Shown in pieces: positions 48,378-57,404 of a stretch of DNA of 64,000 nucleotides. Position numbers and translations under genes: made by a program. Origin of the DNA: Chloroflexota bacterium (GTDB lineage Bacteria; Chloroflexota; Limnocylindria; Limnocylindrales; CSP1-4). Under the pieces are notes generated by a model. That model did no database searches and was not told where the DNA came from. It saw only the letters and a program-made list of their open reading frames with translations. The stretch lies in NCBI GenBank assembly GCA_040755495.1, contig JBFMAT010000013.1, positions 7,968 to 71,967 on the forward strand. Reading direction: 5' to 3'. Each line of letters begins with the position of its first letter. The first letter of the stretch is position 1.

Positions 48378-49257
48378 CCGTCTCGGCCGCGCCGACCTCC
48401 ACGTCCACACCCTTGCCTCGGACGGGACGTCGTCGGTGGAGGAGATCCTGGCCCACGTCGAGGCGACCGGGTTCCTGGACGTCATCGCGATCGCCGACCA
48501 CGAGCGGATCGACGCCGCGCTTGCCGCCCGGCACATGGCGGCCGACCGCGGCCTCGCGCTCGCGGTCGTCGTCGGGGAGGAGATCACGACCCGCGGCGGG
48601 CACCTCCTCGGGCTGTTCCTGGAGCGCCCGGTGCCCGCGCTCCGCGGGTTGCGCTGGTCGATCGAGGCGATCCACGACCAGGGTGGCCTCGCGATCCCGG
48701 CCCACCCGCTGGTGCCCTACCCACTGTGCGCCCAGGGCTTCGCGCTCCGGAGGCTGCTGGCGAGCGACGCGCCGGCCGCGCGGCCCGACGCCATCGAGAC
48801 CTTCAACCCGACCGCCCTCGGGCGGTACTGGCACGGCAAGGTCGTGGCCTTCGCCGCCGAGCACGGCCTCGGGCAGGTCGGCAACAGCGACGCCCACGCG
48901 GCGACGCAGGTCGGCACCGGCTGGACGTCGTTCCCGGGCCGGACGCCGGACGACGTGCGGGCCGCGATCCTGGCCGGCACGAGCCGCCACCACGGCGCGT
49001 TCCACGGGACCGTGGGCCAGCTGGGCACGTTCGGCAGGCAGCTGCGCAAGTACGGGCGGGACGCCCGGGCCGAGGTCGGCGGGCGGATCCGCCGCGATGG
49101 CACGGGCCGCGACCACGGCTATCCCGGCGGGCAGCTGCGGCCGCCGCGTTACCAGCCCCGGCCGGGCGACGGGCCCGAGCGGTCGGGAGACGCCGAGCCG
49201 CGCGACGCCGAGCCGCGCGGCCAGCCCGAACCGGATCGCGCCGCCGGGCGAGAATAG
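48340..49257 (+). CDS. PHP-domain metal-dependent phosphoesterase
   Basis: DLHVHT..SDG, IADH, GEEITT..GH, AHP, IETFN, GNSDAH. Confidence 0.9.
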   Translation: MSGDPVVSGDPVVRLGRADLHVHTLASDGTSSVEEILAHVEATGFLDVIAIADHERIDAALAARHMAADRGLALAVVVGEEITTRGGHLLGLFLERPVPALRGLRWSIEAIHDQGGLAIPAHPLVPYPLCAQGFALRRLLASDAPAARPDAIETFNPTALGRYWHGKVVAFAAEHGLGQVGNSDAHAATQVGTGWTSFPGRTPDDVRAAILAGTSRHHGAFHGTVGQLGTFGRQLRKYGRDARAEVGGRIRRDGTGRDHGYPGGQLRPPRYQPRPGDGPERSGDAEPRDAEPRGQPEPDRAAGRE

Positions 49258-49261
49258 GGCC

Positions 49262-50557
49262 GTGAAGATCGGCCTCGTCTCGCCCTACGTCTACCCGCTG
49301 CCGGGCGGCGTGACGCAGCACGTCCGATACCTGTACGAGAACCTGCGCCAGCGCGGCCACGACGTCCGGATCCTGACCTCGTCGCACGGCCTCCAGCGGG
49401 CGTCCGAGGGCGACGTGATCCGCCTGGGCAAGGGGTTCTCGATGCCGGCCAACGGGTCGGTGGGCACGGTCACCGTGTCGTTCCGCTACATCTCCCAGGT
49501 CCGGGCGGTCCTCGAGCGGGAGCGGTTCGACGTCCTCCACTTCCACGAGCCGTTCGTGCCGTTCCTGTCGCTCGTGCTGCTGCGCGAGTCGCAAAGCGTC
49601 AACGTGGCCACGTTCCACGCGTACGGCGGCTGGTCGCCGGCCTACGAGTTCGGCAGCCGGGCGCTGGGCTCGTACGCCGAGCGGCTGCACGGCCGGATCG
49701 CGGTCTCGGCGGCGGCCCGCCACTTCATCGACCGCTACTTCCCGGGCGACTACAAGGTCATCCCCAACGGCGTCGACGTGGACCGGTTCCGACGTGCGGT
49801 CCCGATCGCGCGCTGGCAGGACGGCACGCGGAACATCCTGTTCGTCGGGCGGTTCGAGCCGCGCAAGGGGGTGCTGGACCTGCTCAAGGCCTACCGCATC
49901 CTGCGCAAGACCGGCTGCGACTGCCGACTGCTGCTGGTGGGCGGCGGTCCCCAGGAGCGCGAGGCGCGCCGCTACGTGGCCACCCGCCGGCTGCGCGGCG
50001 TGGAGTTCCTGGGCCGGGTCTCGGACGACGAGAAGGCGCAGCTGTTCCGGACGGCGGACGTCTTCGTCTCGCCCGCGACCGGTCGCGAGTCGTTCGGCAT
50101 CGTGCTGCTCGAGGCGATGGCCGCCGGGGCGCCGATCGTCGCGTCCGACATCCACGGCTACAAGGGCGTGGTCCGCCGCGGCCGCGAGGGGCTGCTGGTG
50201 GCGCCCCGCGAGCCGAAGCAGGTCGCCGCGTCGGTGGCCAGGCTGCTGCGCGACCCGGAGCTCGCGCAGGGGATGTCCGAGGCGGGCATGCGCCGCGCCG
50301 AGGAGTTCAGCTGGCCGCGCGTGACCGCGAAGGTCGACGACTACTACGGCTTCGTCATCCGGCGCCTCGCGGCGGCGGGCGCGCTGCCGCCGCACTTCAG
50401 CGCCGAGGTCCCGGCGCCCGCGCGGCCCACCCCGGCCGCACTGGACACGCTCGACGGGGCCGGCGGCGGTGCGTCCCCCGCGTCGGGCGACGGCGACCCC
50501 GACGCCGCCTCCGCCGCGGACCGGGTCGCCCCGGCCCCGGGCGGCGTCGCCTCCTGA
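49262..50557 (+). CDS. GT4 glycosyltransferase, PimA-like mannosyltransferase
   Basis: KIGLVSPY..PGGVTQH, NGS, HFHEP, ATFH, IPNGVD, EPRKG, ESFGIVLLEAMAAG. Confidence 0.88.
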   Translation: MKIGLVSPYVYPLPGGVTQHVRYLYENLRQRGHDVRILTSSHGLQRASEGDVIRLGKGFSMPANGSVGTVTVSFRYISQVRAVLERERFDVLHFHEPFVPFLSLVLLRESQSVNVATFHAYGGWSPAYEFGSRALGSYAERLHGRIAVSAAARHFIDRYFPGDYKVIPNGVDVDRFRRAVPIARWQDGTRNILFVGRFEPRKGVLDLLKAYRILRKTGCDCRLLLVGGGPQEREARRYVATRRLRGVEFLGRVSDDEKAQLFRTADVFVSPATGRESFGIVLLEAMAAGAPIVASDIHGYKGVVRRGREGLLVAPREPKQVAASVARLLRDPELAQGMSEAGMRRAEEFSWPRVTAKVDDYYGFVIRRLAAAGALPPHFSAEVPAPARPTPAALDTLDGAGGGASPASGDGDPDAASAADRVAPAPGGVAS

Positions 50558-50567
50558 ACCGTCGCGG

Positions 50568-53500
50568 TCAGGCGGCGCCGGACTCGGTCGCCGGACCATC
50601 CGCCGCGTCGTCCGCGGGGCCCGGGCCCAGCGAGGCGCGCCACACCCACGCGGAGTAGGCGACCACCGCCGACGCGACCACCAGGAACAGCATCAGGACC
50701 GCGAACCGGGCATCCGCGAACGAGATCGCGCCGCTCCGGTCGATCGTGTTCACGGAGAACTGGAACGGATACAGGTAGGTGGGCAGCAGGCCCTGGTAGG
50801 CGTTGACCAGCGTCGAGGGCAGCGGCAGGGCGGCGATGTTGGGGTACAGGATCAGGAACCAGATCCCGGCCCCCGTGACCAGCCCGACGACGAACCGCCT
50901 CGCGTCGCGGGCGGTGGCGACCTGGAGCGCGACCAGCCCGAGCGGCAGCGCCACGACGAGGGCGATCAGCTCGGGGACGATCCCCGGCATGCTGAACAGG
51001 GGCTCCTCGGCGGGCAGCATCCGCGACCCGGCGAGCAGCACGCCGCCGGCGAGCGCCGTGGCGGCGATCCAGCCCAGGTCGCGCAGCTCCAGCGGCCGCC
51101 CGTCGTCGCGCGGCCGGCCCAGGGCGACCAGCTGCCGGACGAGGACGACCATCGTCACGACCCCCACGGCCACCATCGCGGCCGCGGACGGGGTGACGAC
51201 GAGGCTGCCGGCCGTCGACACGACGCAGGCCGCCGAGTCCTTGTTGACCGCCTGCACGTTGGCCAGGGTGCACAGCGGCATCCGCAGCAGCCACAGGATC
51301 ACGGGGCCCATCAGGGCGACCGCGGCGGCGCAGCGCACCAGCAGCCACGTCCGGCGCGAGGCCCCGTGCCAGACCTCGGCCACGAGATAGGCGAGGGCCA
51401 TGACCACGAACGGCAGGCTCGTGTAGTAGTGGTACTGGAACGCCGCCCGATCGATCCGGGCCCACGAGATCCACTGGGCGAGGAACCCGATCAGGATCAG
51501 CGCCAGCGCGAGGCTCCGGCGGCGGAACGCCTGGTACGCGACGAACACCATCGCGGGCACGCCCAGCCACCAGATGACCACGTTGCCGGCGTCGTAGATC
51601 GCGGCCGCCGTCGAGCCGGCGAAGCCGCCCTGGTAGAACCACACGGGTTTGAGGTTCAGCGGCCACGCCCACCACGGCGAGCTCGCGGCGTGGGCCTCGG
51701 ACAGGTTGTTGTGGTAGCGGTACATGTCGCCGACGAGCGTGAGCAGCGTCTGGCCCGTGTGGTCCGGGGGCCAGCCCTCCCAGAGCTGGTGGTTCTCGAT
51801 CAGGGCCCACGGGACGTACGAGATCACGTACACGACGACCGGGATCGCGACCAGCGAGGCGAGGAGCCAGGCGACCGGCAGGCCGAGGCCGGTCCCGAGT
51901 CGCAGCCAGCCCTCCGCCGGCGGCGAGGCGGGCGGGATCCCGTACCGCGCGTCGCCCGGCTCCGGGTCGCGGGCGAGCGGCCCGATGCCCAGCCGGCCGG
52001 CAGCGACGAACGCCGCGTACACCCCGAGGCTGGCGACGACGAGCGCGAAGGAGGCAGTCAGGGGCGTGATCCTGACCGGGCCGAGGACGAGCTCCATGTC
52101 GGTCCGGCCGAGCGCGACCGACCCCAGGAACACGAGGATCCCGAGGGCCGCCGGGGCCGCGACGGCGAACCACATCTCCTCGGCCGACCACGCCACCGGG
52201 TGGTACACGGCCACGACGACCGCGCCCATGGTCAGCGCGATCATGATCATCGCGAACACGAGGTTGCCGCTGCCCCCGCTGCCCGCGGGGACGGCCAGCG
52301 CCATCCACCCCAGCACCCCGGTGAGGCCGATCAGCGCGGCGACGAGGACCAGCCTCCCGAGCGCGGAGCGGACCAGCACCAGGATGCCGAGCGCGCCGAT
52401 CGCGTAGGCGGCGACCCACTTGGAGGCCAGGGCGAGGCCCAGCAGCAGCCCCACGACCGGCATCAGGGTCCAGAACGCCCAGCGGCGCCGCGGCTCGAGC
52501 CACAGCCACGCGAACAGCGCGTAGGCGGCGAGGATGAACACGCCCGTGTACACGTCGTTCATCGCGATCCGGCTCTGGACGAAGAACATCCCGTCCAGCA
52601 GCACGAACAGGCCGGCCAGGACGGCCACCTCTCGGCGCCGGAACAGCACGCGGGTCAGCAGGTACACGAGGGCGGCCATCAGCGCGCCCAGGAGCACCCC
52701 CGGCAGGCGCCAGGCGAACGGGTAGTGCCCGACGTCGAGCGAGGCCGTCGCGCCGTCGGCGGCGAAGGCGAGCAGCTCGCCCCGGCCGCCGGTCGGGTAG
52801 GCCTCCTCGTGGTCGAGGACCATGGCCACCGGCACGAACGGCAACCGGTGGTCGGCGAACACGCTCCGGCCGTGGGGCTCGATGACGTACACCGTGGTCC
52901 CCGTGCCGTCGGGTGTCTCGCCCAGCACCTCGACCAGCTCCGCCGCCTCATCGAACACGATCCGGCTGCCCGCGCCCGGCAGCTCGATGGTGGCGATCCG
53001 GCCCGGCCCCTCCTTGGCCTTCTCGCCGGAGACCGCGACGATCGAGACCTCGGGCACGCCGGTCGTGTCGTTCGTGCTCGTCGCCCACAGCTGCGTGCCC
53101 TCGTCCACGCCGCTCACGAGGGTGAGCGAGGTCGTCCCGCCGAGGACCGGCGCCGTCGCCGTGCGCGTGCCGTCCCCGGCGAGGAAGGCCACGCCGTCCG
53201 ACCCGGCGACCGCGAGCTGGGCCACCGTGTCGATCAGGACGCCCGGCAGCCGGCCGCCGTCGATCGCGTCCTGCAGGGCCGTGCGCACGTCCGCGGTGAG
53301 CTCGCCGTCGACGACCACGAGCTCCGCGTCCGGGTCCGCGAGGTCCGCCGCGTACGAGGCCGCGTCGCCGCCCAGGATCGCCGCCAGCTCGTCGGCCACC
53401 GCGGCGGGGTCCGTGACCTCGACCGGGTGGGCGACGATCGCGTCGCCGGTGCCGGCGTCGAGCAGGTCGGCCGCGCCGGCCACCGTGGCCCGCCCGGTCT

Positions 53501-55913
53501 CCTCGCCCAGCCCGACGTCCACGACGGCGACCACGTCGCCCGGCAGCAGGGCCGCCACCCGCTGGCCGCCGTCGAACGCGGCCAGCCGGGCGATGGGGCC
53601 GTCGAGCGTCGTGAGCGGGAACGGGTCGACCGGCGGCTCCGTGGGGCTCGCACCGCGCAGGACGTCCAGCGACAGCGCATCGAGGACCAGGATCTCGCCC
53701 CCGTCCGTCCCGACCAGCAGCTGGTCGCCGTCGCGGGCGAAGGCCACCGCCGACGCGCCGGGGATCGCCCAGCGAGCCGCCAGGTCGCGGGTCTCGAGGT
53801 CGTAGCCGATGAGCTCCTCGCCGGTGACGACCCAGACGCGGTCGCCGCCCCGGGCGCCGGGAGCCTCGGCGTTCTCGCGGCGTGGCTCGATGGTCGCGTC
53901 GCGCACCGGCACGCCGAGGTCGCTCGTCGCCCGCACGTCGTGGCCGGCGAACAGGACGATGCCGCCGGCCATCGCGTACTTCGCGAGGTGAGGGTGCGTC
54001 CACTCGTAGATGTTGTGCGAGATCCCGTAGCGCCAGGCCTGGAGGAACTCGGTGGCGGTCCGGGCGTGGTAGACCTCGTCGAAGTGCATCCGGGCGGGCT
54101 CGGCCAGGCGGAAGGTCCGCAGTCCAAGCGCGGCGACCACGATCACCAGCACCAGGAACAGGTCCATGCGGTCGAGCCGGCCGCGCCCCTCGCGCGCCAG
54201 CTCGTGCGAGCGGTCGGGGCGGGTCGGTGTCTCGGACAGGCGGGCGCGCAGCCAGCCCAGGGGCCCCAGCTCCGAGAGCGACGGCCGCTCGAACCAAGCC
54301 GGGACGCGACGGGGACGGGCGCCCGCCCCCCCGGGCGCCGGCGGACCGGGGATCGGGTCCGGCAGCGAGAGCGCGGCGGAGGCTGGTACCGGCGCCGGCG
54401 GCGCCGCGGGGGGCGCGAGCGCCGGGACGACCGTCCGGCCGCCCGGCTCCGCGTCGTCGGTGCGGGCGGCCTCCAGCTCCGCCGCCAGGGCGCGGCGCGC
54501 GCCGGGCCGCAGCTGCGCGAGGCCCCACGCCAGGACCAGCGTGTGGAGCACGGCGACGATCGCCACGCCGGTCCATGACCGGATCGCCGGCCCGATGCCC
54601 AGCCAGTCGGACACGCTCGGATTGCCCGGATAGAGCGTCGTGAGCACGACGTACATGTTGAGGAACGTCGCGGTCCCGGCCACGAGGTAGGCGACCCGCC
54701 AGCGCCACGAGCACGCGAACAGGATCCCGGCCAGCCCGAACAGCGGGAACAGGTACCGCTCGTGGACCCGGGTCGGGACGGCGAAGAAGGCGAGCGCCAG
54801 CACGGCCGTGCCCACCAGGATCGTCAGCCGGTCCGGGCGGCGCGCCACGAGCAGCGACGTCACGACCATGACCGCCAGGAGCAGCACCGCGCCCACGGCC
54901 GCGGCCGGCAGCGGCCCGATCGCGGCCCACGCGGCTGCGTCGGGGATCGGCGCGTCGGCGATCCACTGGCCGTTCGAGGCGAGGCTCTGGCCGTTGACCT
55001 CGAACAGCGCCCACGCGTTGTAGGCGTTGACGGTCACGAACGAGTAGGTCGCGGCCGTGCTCAGGATCAGGCGCACGAGCGACGAGTCCACGAACGGCGC
55101 GGCGGTGGACAACGAGACCACGGCCAGGCCGAACGGGAGCGACATCGCGACCGCCGTCAGGAACCCCGCCGCCCCGGTGGTGAGGATCCGGACCGGGCCC
55201 GTCGTGCGGCGCTCCCAGTCCGTTCCGCTCGGCGCCGGGGCCGGCTCGTCCCCCCAGCCGCCAGACGGCCACAGCGATCGCCGGATCACGACCAGGGCCA
55301 CGATCGGCACCAGGATCGCGAGCTGCGGCTTGACCAGCGCGGCGACCACGGCCAGGATCGCGGCCCGCTCGCCCCGCCCCGTCCACAGCTCCCGGATGGC
55401 CAGCAGCAGGAACACCGTCCCGAACGAGTCCACCTGGCCCCAGATGACCGAGTCGAACCACGTGATCGGGTTCGCGATGACCACGGCGCCCGCGATCGTC
55501 GCCCGGCGCTCGCTGGCCCCGAGGTCCAGCGCCATCCGGTACACGACGAGGCCCAGCGCGACATCGGTGATGATCGCGGGCAGCTTGATCAGGTCGCCGA
55601 CCCCGCCGACGAGCTGGCCGACGATGCCCACCAGCCACAGCACGTACAGGTAGCCGGGGGTGTAGTCGGCGAAGAAGTCGCGCTCGTAGAAGCCGAACGG
55701 CCCGTTGCGCGCCAGCTCCTCGGCCCAGTAGCGGAACAGCGCGAGGTCCGACTCGAACCCCGAGCCGCGGAGTCCTTCGACGCCATATGCCATGATCAGC
55801 CGGAAGACCAGCCCGATCGCGATCGCGATCAGGATCGGCCGGCCGATGCCTCGCCGAGGGGCGGGGGCCGCCGTCATGTCCCGGCCGGGCGCACCCGAAC
55901 CCGAACCGGTCAC
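50568..55913 (-). CDS. Giant tandem GT-C fusion: GT-C domain + PMT-family mannosyltransferase with a large insertion (about 1781 aa)
   Basis: N-terminal DYTPGY, WGQVDS, KPQ, HERY; then FDEVYH, EWTHPHLAK, AWR, SRIAMND, ASKW, SSPWWAWP; AGGAGG 7 nt before GTG 55913; TATACT at 55950-55955. Confidence 0.85.
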   Translation of the reverse strand: MTGSGSGAPGRDMTAAPAPRRGIGRPILIAIAIGLVFRLIMAYGVEGLRGSGFESDLALFRYWAEELARNGPFGFYERDFFADYTPGYLYVLWLVGIVGQLVGGVGDLIKLPAIITDVALGLVVYRMALDLGASERRATIAGAVVIANPITWFDSVIWGQVDSFGTVFLLLAIRELWTGRGERAAILAVVAALVKPQLAILVPIVALVVIRRSLWPSGGWGDEPAPAPSGTDWERRTTGPVRILTTGAAGFLTAVAMSLPFGLAVVSLSTAAPFVDSSLVRLILSTAATYSFVTVNAYNAWALFEVNGQSLASNGQWIADAPIPDAAAWAAIGPLPAAAVGAVLLLAVMVVTSLLVARRPDRLTILVGTAVLALAFFAVPTRVHERYLFPLFGLAGILFACSWRWRVAYLVAGTATFLNMYVVLTTLYPGNPSVSDWLGIGPAIRSWTGVAIVAVLHTLVLAWGLAQLRPGARRALAAELEAARTDDAEPGGRTVVPALAPPAAPPAPVPASAALSLPDPIPGPPAPGGAGARPRRVPAWFERPSLSELGPLGWLRARLSETPTRPDRSHELAREGRGRLDRMDLFLVLVIVVAALGLRTFRLAEPARMHFDEVYHARTATEFLQAWRYGISHNIYEWTHPHLAKYAMAGGIVLFAGHDVRATSDLGVPVRDATIEPRRENAEAPGARGGDRVWVVTGEELIGYDLETRDLAARWAIPGASAVAFARDGDQLLVGTDGGEILVLDALSLDVLRGASPTEPPVDPFPLTTLDGPIARLAAFDGGQRVAALLPGDVVAVVDVGLGEETGRATVAGAADLLDAGTGDAIVAHPVEVTDPAAVADELAAILGGDAASYAADLADPDAELVVVDGELTADVRTALQDAIDGGRLPGVLIDTVAQLAVAGSDGVAFLAGDGTRTATAPVLGGTTSLTLVSGVDEGTQLWATSTNDTTGVPEVSIVAVSGEKAKEGPGRIATIELPGAGSRIVFDEAAELVEVLGETPDGTGTTVYVIEPHGRSVFADHRLPFVPVAMVLDHEEAYPTGGRGELLAFAADGATASLDVGHYPFAWRLPGVLLGALMAALVYLLTRVLFRRREVAVLAGLFVLLDGMFFVQSRIAMNDVYTGVFILAAYALFAWLWLEPRRRWAFWTLMPVVGLLLGLALASKWVAAYAIGALGILVLVRSALGRLVLVAALIGLTGVLGWMALAVPAGSGGSGNLVFAMIMIALTMGAVVVAVYHPVAWSAEEMWFAVAAPAALGILVFLGSVALGRTDMELVLGPVRITPLTASFALVVASLGVYAAFVAAGRLGIGPLARDPEPGDARYGIPPASPPAEGWLRLGTGLGLPVAWLLASLVAIPVVVYVISYVPWALIENHQLWEGWPPDHTGQTLLTLVGDMYRYHNNLSEAHAASSPWWAWPLNLKPVWFYQGGFAGSTAAAIYDAGNVVIWWLGVPAMVFVAYQAFRRRSLALALILIGFLAQWISWARIDRAAFQYHYYTSLPFVVMALAYLVAEVWHGASRRTWLLVRCAAAVALMGPVILWLLRMPLCTLANVQAVNKDSAACVVSTAGSLVVTPSAAAMVAVGVVTMVVLVRQLVALGRPRDDGRPLELRDLGWIAATALAGGVLLAGSRMLPAEEPLFSMPGIVPELIALVVALPLGLVALQVATARDARRFVVGLVTGAGIWFLILYPNIAALPLPSTLVNAYQGLLPTYLYPFQFSVNTIDRSGAISFADARFAVLMLFLVVASAVVAYSAWVWRASLGPGPADDAADGPATESGAA

Positions 55914-55940
55914 GGGGGACCCTCCTACGCAGCGTTGAAG

Positions 55941-57404
55941 GTGGAGCGGAGTATAGCCGAGGGTCGCCCCGCGACCCCGTCCCAGCCCGTCGCCCGATGG
56001 AGCCCGTCGACGATCATCGTCGGGCTCCTGCTGGCGGCTGCCGCCCTGGTGCTGTACGCCGTGTCCAACCCCGTCCACTACAACCAGTACACGCACTTCG
56101 TGTGGCAGGCCGACGCCTTCCTCCACGGCCGGGCGTGGTTCCCGCACCCGATCGCCGACGGGTCGACGCTGCCCGCGAACTGGTGGTTCCAGGACGTCTA
56201 CCCGCTCACCGACGCCGCCGGCAACCCGGACGGCCGCGTGCTGCTCCCCTTCCCGCCCCTGCCCGCGATCGTCCTGCTCCCGTTCGTGGCCGTGTTCGGC
56301 CTGTTCACCGACCAGGAGGCGGTCGGCATGCTTCTCGCCGCCCTCGGCGTCGCCATCGCGTACTGGATGCTGGGCCGTCTCCCGGTCCGGGCCAGCGTCC
56401 GGATCCTGACCACGCTGGTGTTCGCGACGGGGACCGTGTGGTGGTGGGCGGCGGCCGTGTCCAGCACCTGGTACTTCGCCCACCTGGTGGCCGTGGACAT
56501 CGCGCTGCTCGCCGTGGGGGTGTCCCTCGGGGCGGACCGCCGCGCGGCGGTCGAGGACCTCGGCGAGGAGGTGGACCGCGCGGCGGAGGACGGGGGTGGC
56601 CCGTGGGCGGCGATCTGGCCGCTCGACCGCTCGCAGGTCGTGGCGGGGTTCCTGCTGGGCGTGGCCGCGACGGCGCGCCTGCCGCTCGTGTTCGCGGCGC
56701 CCTGGCTGATGCTCGTCGGCGGCGGGGGCTCGCGTCTCCGACGGACGGTGTCGGCGGGCGTGGGTGGCGTCGTGCCCGTGGCCGCGCTGCTCCTGTACAC
56801 CTTCGCGACCACGGGCTCGGTGCTCCACCCGGGGTACGACTACCAGTACCGCCTCGAGGCCTCCGGCTACCCGACCCTGGGCTACAACCCGGAGTGGTCG
56901 GTCGAGGACCCGCGCTACGTGCCGCAGAACCTGGGCATCATGTTCGGCGCGCTGCCGCTCGTGGCGCCGGACATCAAGCCCGACACGCTGGGGTTCGCCG
57001 AGCCGGAGCCCCTGTGCACGGCCCCGGACGCCCGGCGCGGGCTGTTCGACCCGGACTGCCCCCTGGTGATGCCGGTCGACATCGGGACCAGCATCCTGCT
57101 CAGCGCCCCGGGGCTGCTGCTGGCGCTGTTCGCGTTCGGCCGGCGGCCGGTCGTCCGGCTCGCGCTGGGTGGCGGCCTGTCGGTGATCGCGATCGCGCTG
57201 TTCAACCTGTCCCACTTCAGCCAGGGCTGGGTGCAGTGGGGCTACCGGTTCTCGCTGGACTTCATCCCGTTCCTCCTGCCGCTGATCGCCATCGGGGCGG
57301 CGCGCGCGGACGGGCGGCCACGCGCGGTGGCGGTCGCGCTGGTGATCGCCGGGGCGCTGGTGAACCTGTGGGGCGTGACCTGGGGCCAGCTCCTTGGCTG
57401 GTAG
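55941..57404 (+). CDS. Polytopic GT-C-like membrane glycosyltransferase
   Basis: QADAFLHG, PFPPLPA, WYFAH, GWVQWGYRFSLDF; many TM segments; start codon uncertain. Confidence 0.7.
   Translation: MERSIAEGRPATPSQPVARWSPSTIIVGLLLAAAALVLYAVSNPVHYNQYTHFVWQADAFLHGRAWFPHPIADGSTLPANWWFQDVYPLTDAAGNPDGRVLLPFPPLPAIVLLPFVAVFGLFTDQEAVGMLLAALGVAIAYWMLGRLPVRASVRILTTLVFATGTVWWWAAAVSSTWYFAHLVAVDIALLAVGVSLGADRRAAVEDLGEEVDRAAEDGGGPWAAIWPLDRSQVVAGFLLGVAATARLPLVFAAPWLMLVGGGGSRLRRTVSAGVGGVVPVAALLLYTFATTGSVLHPGYDYQYRLEASGYPTLGYNPEWSVEDPRYVPQNLGIMFGALPLVAPDIKPDTLGFAEPEPLCTAPDARRGLFDPDCPLVMPVDIGTSILLSAPGLLLALFAFGRRPVVRLALGGGLSVIAIALFNLSHFSQGWVQWGYRFSLDFIPFLLPLIAIGAARADGRPRAVAVALVIAGALVNLWGVTWGQLLGW

Noticed and set aside
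50469-54578. Very long antisense or alternate-frame ORFs (e.g. 50469-54578+, 13094-16114-, 30352-33429-, 3861-6458-)
   Set aside because: Shadow ORFs expected in very GC-rich DNA: Arg/Pro/Gly-rich, no recognisable motifs, and overlapping well-supported genes.
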